Source: Anaerolineae bacterium
Lineage (GTDB): Bacteria; Chloroflexota; Anaerolineae; JAAYZQ01
Assembly (NCBI GenBank): GCA_034429215.1
Contig: DAOUGI010000126.1
Coordinates: 49,213-113,212, forward strand
DNA length: 64,000 nucleotides
Direction of reading: 5' to 3'
The notes beneath the pieces were generated by a model. The model was not told the origin of the DNA, ran no database searches, and saw only the letters and a program-made list of their open reading frames with translations. Shown here piece by piece: positions 1-9,161 of this stretch; position 1 is the stretch's first letter, and each line of letters starts with the position of its first letter. A program made the position numbers and the translations under genes.

Positions 1-19
1 ATTGGCGATTTGGAGAGAA

Positions 20-838
20 ATGAGGTACAATAACGATATGCAGGTTGGCAAGCTCAAGGGCAAGGTCAGAACCAGGACCGGGTCACAACGCCAGGCTGGG
101 CGGTGGACGGGGAATGCGTTCCTGGCCGTGGGCGGGCTGCTGATCGCGGTAGCGGCGTTGTATGGGGCGTATGCTGTATTGACAAACTGGCTGATCGGGC
201 AGGATCGCTACCTGCTGGATGGCGGCATGGCCCGGCTGTCTGTGCCGGAACCGACGCTGACGCCGTCGCCCACGCCAACACCATCGCCTACACCGACGGC
301 TACCCCCCCCCCGACATCCACACCGACGCCCACGCCGATGCCTACCCCGGCGCCGCCGCCGTCGCCGGTGCAGATCCAGATCCCGGCCATCGGCGTCAAG
401 CGGTCGATCATTGCGCTGCCGAGCACTATCGACCGGGCGACCGGCGGCTGGACATGGGACACAAAAAAGCTGTTCCGCTCAGGCCGCAGCGACCTGGTAG
501 GCCATTCGCAGGGCTCGGCCTACCCCGGCCAGGAGGGGAATATGATCCTGGTCGGCCACAACTATGGCTATGGGTACAACGGAGTGTTTGTGTCGCTGGG
601 CCGGCTCAAGGCGGGCAACGAGGTAATCGTGGTCAACCAGCCAGGGCAGACATTCCGTTACCGGGTGACGACGGTGCAGCGGGTCAAGTGGCGCACGAAG
701 GATTTCGCCGAGCTCACGCAGCACCTGACTTTTCTGTCGCCCGGCGGGCCAGAGCGGGTAACGCTGGTGAGCTGCGCCGGGGCCGACGTGGAGCCATTCC
801 CGGAACGGGTATATGTGGTTGCAGAGCGGGTGCAGTAG
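20..838 (+). CDS. Sortase-family transpeptidase, membrane anchored with Pro/Thr-rich linker
   Basis: N-terminal TM helix (AFLAVGGLLIAVAALYGAYAVL). PT-rich linker. Catalytic His context LVGHNYG and Cys motif VTLVSCAG (TLxTC-like). Start is ambiguous: in-frame ATG at 20 and 38, and the ORF is open to the window edge. Confidence 0.8.
   Translation: MRYNNDMQVGKLKGKVRTRTGSQRQAGRWTGNAFLAVGGLLIAVAALYGAYAVLTNWLIGQDRYLLDGGMARLSVPEPTLTPSPTPTPSPTPTATPPPTSTPTPTPMPTPAPPPSPVQIQIPAIGVKRSIIALPSTIDRATGGWTWDTKKLFRSGRSDLVGHSQGSAYPGQEGNMILVGHNYGYGYNGVFVSLGRLKAGNEVIVVNQPGQTFRYRVTTVQRVKWRTKDFAELTQHLTFLSPGGPERVTLVSCAGADVEPFPERVYVVAERVQ
248..367 (+). repeat. Low-complexity Pro/Thr/Ser-rich linker coding region inside the sortase gene
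   Basis: Translation is EPTLTPSPTPTPSPTPTATPPPTSTPTPTPMPTPAPPPSP, from ACN/CCN codon reiteration. Confidence 0.7.
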
Positions 839-871
839 GCCATTCGAAACCACTGAAGAAAGGAACGACAC

Positions 872-2653
872 ATGATCGATCTCAAGGGAGTCCAAGTTCC
901 GGATCATTTTAACGGCATCGGGATGCACGATACGGCCGGCTCAGAGGTGGCGACCTTCTCCTATCAGGAAGCCAAGGCTCACGCCGGGGAGTTGCGCGAT
1001 CACGGCATCACGCTGTACAAGCTCTTTGGCGGGACGACGAAGGTGATGCGGGCCAAGGCCTACGTCGACTCGGGGATCACGACGGCAATGCGCTTTTGGG
1101 TGCTCACGCCATGGGGCCGGCCGCCGGCATCGTGGGTGACGCCCACCGACCAGATCAAGCAGTTCGCGGATGTGGGCGTGCAAATGTTCGAGCTGGGCTG
1201 GAACGAATTCAATATTTCTGCCGAGTGGCCTGACGAGCAGATCCCCGCCGATCCGGCCAAGATCGCCCGCGTCGTAGTAGATGCCTGGGAGGTAGGCCTG
1301 GCCGCCTGCGCCGGCGTTCCCGGCGCCATTCCGCTGTTTCCAAGCAATACGCCGGGGGGAAATGTAGATCACCGGCTGTGCTATCAGGCGATCGTGGCCG
1401 AGCTGCAAAATCGCGGGCTGCTGGATACGGTCCGGCACGTGGCCTGTCACCCGCGGCCGCATAACAATCCGCCCAACACCCAGTGGACGGCAACCAATAC
1501 AGTCACGTTCGATGAGTGGCGGTGGGTCCGGGACCAGTTCGACAACGGCTGTTATCTGTGGGCGACAGAGCATGGCTACAGCTTGAAGGACGATCAGAAT
1601 CACGACTATCCGCAGATCGACCTGAGCATGTGGACCGAGTACAACTGGGACCTGTTCGTGCGGATGGATCCAAAACATGAGAGAGCGATCGAGCCCCAGC
1701 TTGCCGGGGTGATGTATTGGGTCGAGCGAGGCTGGGGCCATTGGGGGGCCTGGGGCAAGGATGCGCTGGTCGATTCGCCCGTTCCGGAGATGCCGGCGCC
1801 ATCGCCGCTGTGGATACGCATGGGCGAGCGCAAGGACGAGCTGGCGTTCAGCCGGTGTGGTGAGGTCACGGCCCCGCCGGTCCAGCTACAGATCATCGAT
1901 CTGATCGAGGCGCTGCCGTGGCGGCCGAACACGTCACGCTGGCTCAAGCGCGACGGGTACGATTTCGTGGTAGTCCACCACACGGGGAACGATTATCCGG
2001 GCGAGACGCAGGAGGAGATGACCGCCGTCATCGAACGGATCAACGCGTTCGTCACCCGCTACTGGAGATGGCCGCGGATCGGCGACCATTTTGTGATCGA
2101 TCCGCAGGGACGGATCTACCAGGTGAACGACCTGCTGGACGTGGTATTTCACGCCGGCAAGGGCAACGCGCGCGGGGTGGGCGTCGACCTGCTGGGAGCG
2201 CTGCACCGCCACCCGCCGACCGAGGCACAGATCACCTCGCTGCGCCGGCTGCGGCAAAAGCTGAACGTTCCGGCCCGGCCCCACTTTGATTTCGTCAACA
2301 CGCAGTGCCCGGGGCGGGTGTGGTGGGCCGAAAAGGCCGAGCTGGTGAACACACCGATCGAGGATCCACCGAATGAGCCGCCCGAGACACCGTACGTGGT
2401 CGAGGTGACCCACCAGGCCGGCATACCGCTGATCGTCGGCGACTATCCGGTGCCCGGCAAGCTGCTGACGATCGAGGGCTTGGGCGGGAACAAGGTCACG
2501 GTCACGGCCGGCAGCAAGATAGAATGGGGCCAGGGCGGTTTCGAGGTGTATGCCATGCCGCCAGGTGCAGCCCACACGATCACGATCGAGGAAGCACAGT
2601 ACGCGGTGCAGGCAGGGGATGGGCTGACAGTTGTGGCGTGGAAACCGGTGTAA
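872..2653 (+). CDS. Protein with N-terminal TIM-barrel/glycosidase-like region and central N-acetylmuramoyl-L-alanine amidase (Amidase_2/PGRP) domain
   Basis: Amidase_2-type motifs: VVVHHTGNDY, HFVIDPQGRIYQV, FHAGKGNARGVGVDLLG, NTQCPG. ATG is preceded by GAAAGGAAC. It lies 34 nt downstream of the sortase gene. Confidence 0.7.
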   Translation: MIDLKGVQVPDHFNGIGMHDTAGSEVATFSYQEAKAHAGELRDHGITLYKLFGGTTKVMRAKAYVDSGITTAMRFWVLTPWGRPPASWVTPTDQIKQFADVGVQMFELGWNEFNISAEWPDEQIPADPAKIARVVVDAWEVGLAACAGVPGAIPLFPSNTPGGNVDHRLCYQAIVAELQNRGLLDTVRHVACHPRPHNNPPNTQWTATNTVTFDEWRWVRDQFDNGCYLWATEHGYSLKDDQNHDYPQIDLSMWTEYNWDLFVRMDPKHERAIEPQLAGVMYWVERGWGHWGAWGKDALVDSPVPEMPAPSPLWIRMGERKDELAFSRCGEVTAPPVQLQIIDLIEALPWRPNTSRWLKRDGYDFVVVHHTGNDYPGETQEEMTAVIERINAFVTRYWRWPRIGDHFVIDPQGRIYQVNDLLDVVFHAGKGNARGVGVDLLGALHRHPPTEAQITSLRRLRQKLNVPARPHFDFVNTQCPGRVWWAEKAELVNTPIEDPPNEPPETPYVVEVTHQAGIPLIVGDYPVPGKLLTIEGLGGNKVTVTAGSKIEWGQGGFEVYAMPPGAAHTITIEEAQYAVQAGDGLTVVAWKPV

Positions 2654-2761
2654 AGGGTTGGAGCACGAACCTCACGAAAGGGCACGAAAAACGCGGAAGG
2701 GGGACTCTGGGAAGGCCGGGATGCCTCTAGGCTGAGAGTTCAAGTAGGAACAATTGAAAGC

Positions 2762-2799
2762 CCTCGGGACACAGACTTGCCACGTCCCGGGGGCTTTTG
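2762..2799. terminator. Hairpin plus T-run between convergent genes (amidase-domain gene and purB)
   Basis: 9-bp stem CCTCGGGAC / GTCCCGGGG with one G-U pair, 13-nt loop, followed by GCTTTTGT. Confidence 0.6.
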
Positions 2800-2814
2800 T
2801 GAGGAGCCAGGCCG

Positions 2815-4218
2815 TTACGGGTCGGGCTCCAGGGCGGCGCGGATGGCAGCAGCCAGGTCGCGGGCGCGGGAAGGGGCGTCACCGACGTAGGCGGAGGCGT
2901 CCAGGAGGACGGCGATCCGCTCGGCCGGCAGGAAAGCCAGCACGGCCGGATCGCTGGTCAGGGAGGCGGGCAGCGGGTTGGGCTGGCCTGTCTGGATCGC
3001 CTGCCAGGCGGCCAGACTGTGGCCGCGGATCCGCTCGTGCATCGCCTGGCGGTCGGCTCCGGCACGGACCAACTCCATGAGCAGCCGCTCGGTGGCGGCA
3101 AAGGCGCCGTAGGCGGTCAGGTTGTAAGCCACGGCCCGGTCGTCGAACAGCAGGCCGTCGACCAGGCGCAGGCTGCGGATCAGCATCTCATCGGCGATGA
3201 GAAACGCCTCGGGCAGGACAAGACGGCGGTTGGCCGAATCGTCGAGGGTGCGCTCCAGGAGCGAATGGGCGGCGTTGTCCCAGGCAACACGGGGCAGGAC
3301 AGCCAGCAGGCGAGCCAGGCTGTCCAAGTTCTCAGCATTGACCGGGTTGCGCTTGAAAGGCATGGCCGACGAGCCGACCTGGGCCGAGCCAAACGGCTCG
3401 CTCCACTCGCCAAAGAGAGGCGATTGGAGGATACGCAGGTCAAAGGCAAAGCGATAGAGGGAGCCGGCCAGCCCGGCCAGACCGTTGAGCACCAGCCAAT
3501 CCTGCTTGCGCGGATAGACCTGGGTGGCGACGGGAAAGGCATCCAGTTCCAGAGCAGCCATGACCCTGGCCTCCAGATCGCCCGGGTTGAGGCCGGCAGG
3601 GGCCAGGAGCTGGGCGTAGGAAGCGGAAGTGCCGGTGGCGCCCCTGAAACCCTTGCCCTTGACGCCGGTCCGCAGGCGTCGGAGCTCTTCCAGGTCGAGC
3701 AGCAGGTCCAGGCCGTATTGGGCCAGCCGGTAGCCGACGGTGGTCGGCTCGGCCGGCTGGATGTGGGTATAGCCGAGGCACGGCTGGCCGGCGCGGGCGT
3801 CGATCTGCTCGGCCAGGCGGGCCAGCAGGGCCCGCAGCCGTTTCAGCACCAGGTCGAGCGCCTCCCGGAGACGAAGGGCATCGGCATTGTCCTCGATGTC
3901 GGCGCTGGTGGCGCCAAGGTGGACGATCCCCCCACCCACCGGGCATTGTTCGGCAAAGGCTTTGATCTCGGCCATCAGGTCGTGCTTGATGGCCGCCTCG
4001 ATCTCGAGGGCGCGGTCGACGTCGACCTGGTCGGCATGGGCGCGCAGGTCGGCGGCTTGCTCGGAAGTGACCAGCCCAAGCTCGGCTTGGGCCTCGGCCA
4101 GGGCAACCCACAGGCGGCGCCACGTGCGGCGCTTGTGGTGCTCGCTCCAGATATGGCGCATGCCGGCAGAAGCGTAACGCCAGGTCAGCGGCGAGATAAA
4201 AGTGTCGTGATCGAACAT
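2815..4218 (-). CDS. purB: Adenylosuccinate lyase
   Basis: Full-length match to the lyase_1/ASL family. Signature SSAMPFKRNPVNAENL. N-terminus MFDHDTFISPLTWRY. The ATG at 4218 is preceded by GGAGG; the longer ORF start at 4242 is unlikely. Confidence 0.92.
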   Translation of the reverse strand: MFDHDTFISPLTWRYASAGMRHIWSEHHKRRTWRRLWVALAEAQAELGLVTSEQAADLRAHADQVDVDRALEIEAAIKHDLMAEIKAFAEQCPVGGGIVHLGATSADIEDNADALRLREALDLVLKRLRALLARLAEQIDARAGQPCLGYTHIQPAEPTTVGYRLAQYGLDLLLDLEELRRLRTGVKGKGFRGATGTSASYAQLLAPAGLNPGDLEARVMAALELDAFPVATQVYPRKQDWLVLNGLAGLAGSLYRFAFDLRILQSPLFGEWSEPFGSAQVGSSAMPFKRNPVNAENLDSLARLLAVLPRVAWDNAAHSLLERTLDDSANRRLVLPEAFLIADEMLIRSLRLVDGLLFDDRAVAYNLTAYGAFAATERLLMELVRAGADRQAMHERIRGHSLAAWQAIQTGQPNPLPASLTSDPAVLAFLPAERIAVLLDASAYVGDAPSRARDLAAAIRAALEPDP

Positions 4219-4279
4219 ACTACCTCCCTTGGCGTATAGCACATAGCTGATAGCTAGCAGCCATCAGCTATACGCTAGC

Positions 4280-5071
4280 TCATCCGTACAGGTCGGGCCG
4301 GCGGTCGTCGAGCCAGGGAAAGACACGGCGACAGCGGTCGACCTGATCAAGATCGAGGGTCGCCTGGAAAAGGTCGGGCTCCAGCTCGCCCTCGACCAGA
4401 ACCTGGCCCCAGGGGTCGACGACGGCAGAGTGGCCGCCAAACGGATCTTGAGCATCGGACCCCACCCCGGCCCGGTTGCAGCCGGCGACAAAGAGCTGGT
4501 TCTCGACGGCACGCGCCTTGAGAAGCAGCCGCCAGTGCTCGACGCGGCGGATCGGCCACTCGGCCGGGATGAGGACGAGCTGCGCCCCGGACTGGGTGTA
4601 GCGCCGCCATATCTCGGGAAAGCGCAGGTCATAGCAGATGGCCAGGGCAGTGCGGCCCCAGGACAGGTCAAAGACAGGCAGGGTGTCGCCGGGCGACAGG
4701 TGGTCGACCTCCCCCATAGGCGCAAAGAGGTGGGCCTTGCGGTACCAGGCAGCCCGCTCGCCGTCCGGGGTGTACAGGGCTGCGGTGTTGTAGGGCCGGC
4801 CAGACGGATTGGCCTCGAGGGCGGTGCCAAGGATGTGCAGGTGGTAGGTGCGGGCGATGCCGGCCATCAGGGCAAAATGGCCACCGTCAAGCGGCGCAGC
4901 ATAGCCGGCAGCATGGACCAGGTCGTAGCCGGTGGGCCACAGCTCGGGCAAGAGGAGCAGGCCGGCGCCGGCGTCGGCGGCCTGAGCGGCCAGCCGGCGG
5001 GCCTCGGCCTCGTTCAGGTCGGGCCGGCCGGGTGTGATGGCCATCTGGGCCAGGGCGATCGTCAATTGCAT
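4280..5071 (-). CDS. Carbon-nitrogen hydrolase (nitrilase/omega-amidase superfamily)
   Basis: MQLTIALAQM..., ELWPTGY (Glu), catalytic Cys context LAICYDLRFPE, and FVAGCNRAG. The ATG at 5071 is preceded by AGGAGG. Confidence 0.85.
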   Translation of the reverse strand: MQLTIALAQMAITPGRPDLNEAEARRLAAQAADAGAGLLLLPELWPTGYDLVHAAGYAAPLDGGHFALMAGIARTYHLHILGTALEANPSGRPYNTAALYTPDGERAAWYRKAHLFAPMGEVDHLSPGDTLPVFDLSWGRTALAICYDLRFPEIWRRYTQSGAQLVLIPAEWPIRRVEHWRLLLKARAVENQLFVAGCNRAGVGSDAQDPFGGHSAVVDPWGQVLVEGELEPDLFQATLDLDQVDRCRRVFPWLDDRRPDLYG

Positions 5072-5150
5072 GTGCGTCCTCCTGTGACTGGTGCCAGTAT
5101 TATACCCGCAAGGAACCAAGCTGTCAATGGCTCAGCAGGCTCTCAGGGTT

Positions 5151-5179
5151 TTGGCAACCAACAAGGCCTGTGCTATAAT
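5151..5179 (+). promoter_or_regulatory. Sigma70-type promoter TTGGCA-17-TATAAT upstream of the S8 peptidase gene
   Basis: The hexamers and the 17-nt spacer were counted directly. This implies a leader of about 155 nt before the ATG at 5342. Confidence 0.5.
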
Positions 5180-5341
5180 TGGACCCGCTGGGCAAGGAAG
5201 CATCTTTCGTATATCCTCGTTTCGATCAAGTGAATAGCAGATCTGTGTTGTGGAGGTGAGGCCTATGGGCTAGGACCACGAAAAGCAGAAGACAGATTTG
5301 TCAATCCGAGCAGTTGAGAGCAAAGAGAGGAGACGATAGAA

Positions 5342-8300
5342 ATGAAAGCTAGAGCGTTACTTTCAATCCTGGCGTTACTGTCCCTGATCATGGTCGCTCT
5401 GCCGACCGCTGCGGCGCCCGGCGCCCCCGACCAAGGCGTCTGGACGTTGGGGCCGACCATGTGCTTTGACCTGACCCGCATCGACGCCGAGTACTCTCCG
5501 GCCGCCGGCAAGGTCTATATCCTGGGCGGCCGCTCCGGCACGACCACCGTGGGCAACATCTACGCCTTTAATCCGGCGACCGGCATCTGCTCCGACACCG
5601 GGGTCGTCATGCCCACTCCCATCTCCAACTATACCGTCAACCTGGTCAATGACGGCACCAACGAGCTGCTGTGCACCTTTGGTGGGCGGAACTCGGCCGG
5701 CGGCACGACCCTGGATGTCCAGTGCTACGACCCGATTGCCAACACCGCCGCAATCAAGACCACCCTGCCAGCCGCCTGGACCGGTTACACCCCAGGCGCC
5801 CAGGTGGTGGTCGACAACAAGGTCTACCTCTTTGGTGGGTTTAATAGCACCACTGCCCCCTACATGACCGCCCGCACCGAAAGGTATGACCCGGTGGCCA
5901 ATACCTTCACCCAGATAGGCGACCTGAACCTGGCCCGAGCCTATCTCCTGGCCGGCGTCGTAGACGGCAAGATCTATGCCTTTGGCGGTGATACCTTTGA
6001 CGGCGCAGCGCTGGTCGCCCAAACAATGGCCGAGGTGATGGCCGATCCGGCTGGCGCCGGGACGTGGGACGATGCAGCCGTGGCCGACCTGCCGATTGCC
6101 GGCGACGAAGGCCGCGCTTTTGCCTTTGACTCGGCCTCGCCCTACGAATTCGCCGGCCAGATCGTGCTGGCGACGATGGCCCAGTGGTCAGGCGCGTCGG
6201 CCGAGGTCGTCCTGTACGACGTGGCCACCAACACCTACGACACGACCTTCCCCGACCTGCTCAACGCCCGGCGCAACCATGCTGATGCCTTTATTCCGAC
6301 CTGCACCGGGGATCCGGCAGATGGACAGCCGGGCATGTGGATCTTTGGCGGCTATCTTACCGGTGACAACCCGCCCTACGCCCCAGCCGAGTATTATCCG
6401 CTAGAGTGCGCCGCCGGGCCGGCGGTGTACCTGTCACCTGCCTTCCAGCAAGATAGCGGCGCTCCCGGCACGGTGGTGACCTACGACCTGATGCTGACTA
6501 ACCAGACAGGGCAGGAGGACACCTTCGACATCGTCTACACCAACGTCTGGACGACGACCGGGCCGGTGACGGTGGGCCCAGTGCCCGACGAGGGCGAGCA
6601 GGCTTTTCAAGTGCAGGTGACGATCCCAGCCGATGCGCAGTGCGTCGACTCTGACCTGGCAGTAGTGACCGCCTGGGACTCGACAAGCACCTACAGCGAC
6701 ACAGCGGAGCTGTTGACAACTGTTGTGGGTGAGCTGGTGGGTGTTGTCAAAGACGCCCACACCGGCCTGCCGATCGAGAATGCGCGGGTATGGGTGGTAG
6801 GGGTGACCGATCCCACCTTCTACGTCGAGCAGCTGACCGACGCGGATGGTCTATACTCCTTCAAGCCAATCCCGGCCGGCGACTATTTGATCACGGCCGC
6901 GGCGTACGGCTACTATACCGTGCTCGATCAATCGCTCACGATCTCGACATGCACCGCCGTTACCCAGAATTTTGACCTGGATGCGTCGGACCCCGACCTC
7001 CTGCCCAAAGCTGTCAGCGTCAATGTGCCGCTAGACAGCTCCAGGATCTTTAACATGTCCCTGGACAACGACGGCACGGGCGACCTGCACTTCCACATCA
7101 CCGAACTCGAGGCTGTCACCGGCCTGTCGCCGAACAAGTCCGATGTAGACATGCCCAGCGGCGTCGATCCGCAGGTGTACGCCGATCTAAAGGCGTCGGC
7201 CGACGGAACAGGCCGGTTCGTGGTCTATCTGAAAGACCAGGCCGCCCTGGAGGCGGCGTTCAACATGGATGACTGGTCGGCGCGGGGACAGTATGTGCTC
7301 GACACGCTGAGGGCAACCGCGCAGCGCAGCCAGGCCGGCCTCTTGGCCGCCCTGGACGGCGCCGGGGTCGACTACGAGTCGCGCTACATCGTCAATGCAG
7401 TAGTGGTTACGGGCAACGCAGGGTTGGTGGACAGCATCGCCGCCCGGCCGGAGGTAGGGTTCATCGGGCCCGACGCCAAGATCCCGGCCCCCAAGCCGGT
7501 GGACAGCAGCGCGGCTCCCGACAGCCCGGAAGTGATCGAGTGGAACATCAAGATGATCCTGGCCGACTCGGTGTGGACCGACTTTGGCGTGACCGGGCAG
7601 GGCATCGTCCTGGCGAACATCGACACGGGCGTGCAATACGACCACCCAGCGCTGGTGCAGCAGTACCGCGGCAACCTGGGCGGCGGCTCATTCGACCACA
7701 ACTATAACTGGTTCGACCCGTACGAGCAGTGCCCGTCGAGCGGCACGGTCCCGTGCGACCCAGGCGGCCACGGCTCGCATACCATGGGCACCATGGTGGG
7801 CAGCGACGATCCCACCAGCCCGATCTCGGCCACCAACGCCATCGGCGTGGCGCCCGGCGCCAAGTGGATAGCCTGCAAGGGCGGCGACGAGGTCAGCGGC
7901 TACCTGCTCAATGCCGAGCTGATCGAGTGCGCCGAGTGGATCCTGGCCCCGTGGGACCTGACCGGGGCCAACCCAGACCCAGCCATGCGGCCCGACGCGG
8001 TGAACAACTCGTGGGGCGGCGGCCAGGCGCAGTGGTGGTACAACCAGGCGATCTATGCCTGGCGGGCGGCGGGCATCTGGCCGTCCTTCTCCAACGGCAA
8101 CGACGGACCGAGCTGCGGCACGGCGGGCGATCCGGGCGAGATGGACAACGCCATCTCGGCCGGCGCAACGTCCAGCACCGACCTAATCGCCAGTTTCTCC
8201 AGCCGCGGCCCGGCGTCGGTGACCGGCCTCATCAAGCCGGACGTGTCGGCGCCCGGCGCGAACGTCCGCTCGTCGGTGCCGACCGACGGCTACGCCAACT

Positions 8301-8764
8301 ATAGCGGCACGTCGATGGCCAGCCCGCACGTGGCGGCCACGGCAGGGTTGATCTGGTCGGCGGTGCCGGAGCTGCGCGGCAACGTGCAGGTCACCGAGTG
8401 GATCATGGAGCAGACGGCCGACGTCAAGCTGGACAACCAGTGCGATACCAACGGAGTGCCGAACAACGTGTACGGTTGGGGGCGGATCAACGCCTACAAC
8501 GCGGTGGATTACGCCCTGGCCAACGTGTGGGACATGCCGTGGTTGACGGTCGATCCGGTCAACGGCGTGGTCGAGCCGAGTGCGACAGAAACGATCGCGC
8601 TGACCTTCGACGCGACAGGGCTGACCATCGGCGAGTGCTACAACGCCCGGCTCAAGGTAGAGTACAACGATCCGTACATCGTCGAGGAGTATATCCCGGT
8701 CGAGATGTGCGTGGTAGAGGCATTCCGCTACTATCTGCCGATCATCACCAAGGCCTACCCATAG
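5342..8764 (+). CDS. Secreted multidomain subtilisin-like serine peptidase (Kelch-type repeats + CarboxypepD_reg-like + internal I9-like propeptide + S8 domain)
   Basis: Signal peptide MKARALLSILALLSLIMVALPTAAAP. Repeated YxxGG Kelch-like motifs. S8 triad contexts LANIDTGV (Asp), GHGSHTMGT (His) and SGTSMASPHVA (Ser). C-terminal tail FRYYLPIITKAYP. Confidence 0.88.
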   Translation: MKARALLSILALLSLIMVALPTAAAPGAPDQGVWTLGPTMCFDLTRIDAEYSPAAGKVYILGGRSGTTTVGNIYAFNPATGICSDTGVVMPTPISNYTVNLVNDGTNELLCTFGGRNSAGGTTLDVQCYDPIANTAAIKTTLPAAWTGYTPGAQVVVDNKVYLFGGFNSTTAPYMTARTERYDPVANTFTQIGDLNLARAYLLAGVVDGKIYAFGGDTFDGAALVAQTMAEVMADPAGAGTWDDAAVADLPIAGDEGRAFAFDSASPYEFAGQIVLATMAQWSGASAEVVLYDVATNTYDTTFPDLLNARRNHADAFIPTCTGDPADGQPGMWIFGGYLTGDNPPYAPAEYYPLECAAGPAVYLSPAFQQDSGAPGTVVTYDLMLTNQTGQEDTFDIVYTNVWTTTGPVTVGPVPDEGEQAFQVQVTIPADAQCVDSDLAVVTAWDSTSTYSDTAELLTTVVGELVGVVKDAHTGLPIENARVWVVGVTDPTFYVEQLTDADGLYSFKPIPAGDYLITAAAYGYYTVLDQSLTISTCTAVTQNFDLDASDPDLLPKAVSVNVPLDSSRIFNMSLDNDGTGDLHFHITELEAVTGLSPNKSDVDMPSGVDPQVYADLKASADGTGRFVVYLKDQAALEAAFNMDDWSARGQYVLDTLRATAQRSQAGLLAALDGAGVDYESRYIVNAVVVTGNAGLVDSIAARPEVGFIGPDAKIPAPKPVDSSAAPDSPEVIEWNIKMILADSVWTDFGVTGQGIVLANIDTGVQYDHPALVQQYRGNLGGGSFDHNYNWFDPYEQCPSSGTVPCDPGGHGSHTMGTMVGSDDPTSPISATNAIGVAPGAKWIACKGGDEVSGYLLNAELIECAEWILAPWDLTGANPDPAMRPDAVNNSWGGGQAQWWYNQAIYAWRAAGIWPSFSNGNDGPSCGTAGDPGEMDNAISAGATSSTDLIASFSSRGPASVTGLIKPDVSAPGANVRSSVPTDGYANYSGTSMASPHVAATAGLIWSAVPELRGNVQVTEWIMEQTADVKLDNQCDTNGVPNNVYGWGRINAYNAVDYALANVWDMPWLTVDPVNGVVEPSATETIALTFDATGLTIGECYNARLKVEYNDPYIVEEYIPVEMCVVEAFRYYLPIITKAYP

Positions 8765-8790
8765 ACGGATAGGCTTATCAGAAGCACAAC

Positions 8791-8820
8791 GAGGGCCGGC
8801 GGGATACCCCGCCGGCCCTC
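8791..8820 (+). terminator. GC-rich hairpin downstream of the S8 peptidase gene
   Basis: GAGGGCCGGCGGG-atac-CCCGCCGGCCCTC, a perfect 13-bp stem. There is no T-run. Confidence 0.55.
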
Positions 8821-8871
8821 GACGTTGCCGGGCAAAGGGGCAATTCTGCAAATGGGGTGATTCGCCTTTAC

Positions 8872-8900
8872 TTGACAACACGCTGTTAGCCACGTATAAT
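8872..8900 (+). promoter_or_regulatory. Perfect-consensus sigma70 promoter TTGACA-17-TATAAT
   Basis: Counted directly. It sits about 255 nt upstream of the ATG at 9162, so a long leader is implied. Confidence 0.6.
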
Positions 8901-9161
8901 GGCTTCACCACGACATCCAACCGCCATCCACACCACCGCTTGACGTGACGGAGAGGCGGCGAGCCTCGCCAATTCGACTCCACCGGTAGATCTGCATTCA
9001 CGTGTCGGGACAGGCAGTCCGCTTGCTGCACAGAGCAGAAAGGAGGCAAACGCGCACAAGAGAACCCGGGGTTGTTTCGTGTGGGGATGATCGATCATAG
9101 AGATATGGCCGGCTGTGCGGCCCTGGTGAGGGCCGGACCGGACCGGAGAAAGGAGTCTCAC

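Noticed and set aside
248-367. Tandem DNA repeat or contingency locus in the sortase gene
   Set aside because: The periodicity is only at the codon-class level (ACN/CCN for Thr/Pro), without an exact repeat unit. It is best explained as a low-complexity linker.
3019-4239. Long ORFs antisense to, or frame-shifted over, annotated genes. Examples are 3019-4239, 11759-12784, 13777-14931, 15343-16218, 16948-18198, 19957-21042, 21073-22032, 42234-43331, 43840-45033, 47855-49015, 55490-57913, 57956-59737, 59886-61400 and 61340-62680.
   Set aside because: These are typical shadow ORFs of GC-rich DNA. Their translations are Arg/Gly/Ala/Pro-rich low-complexity sequences with no family motifs. The opposite or alternative frame carries a clearly recognisable protein in every case.
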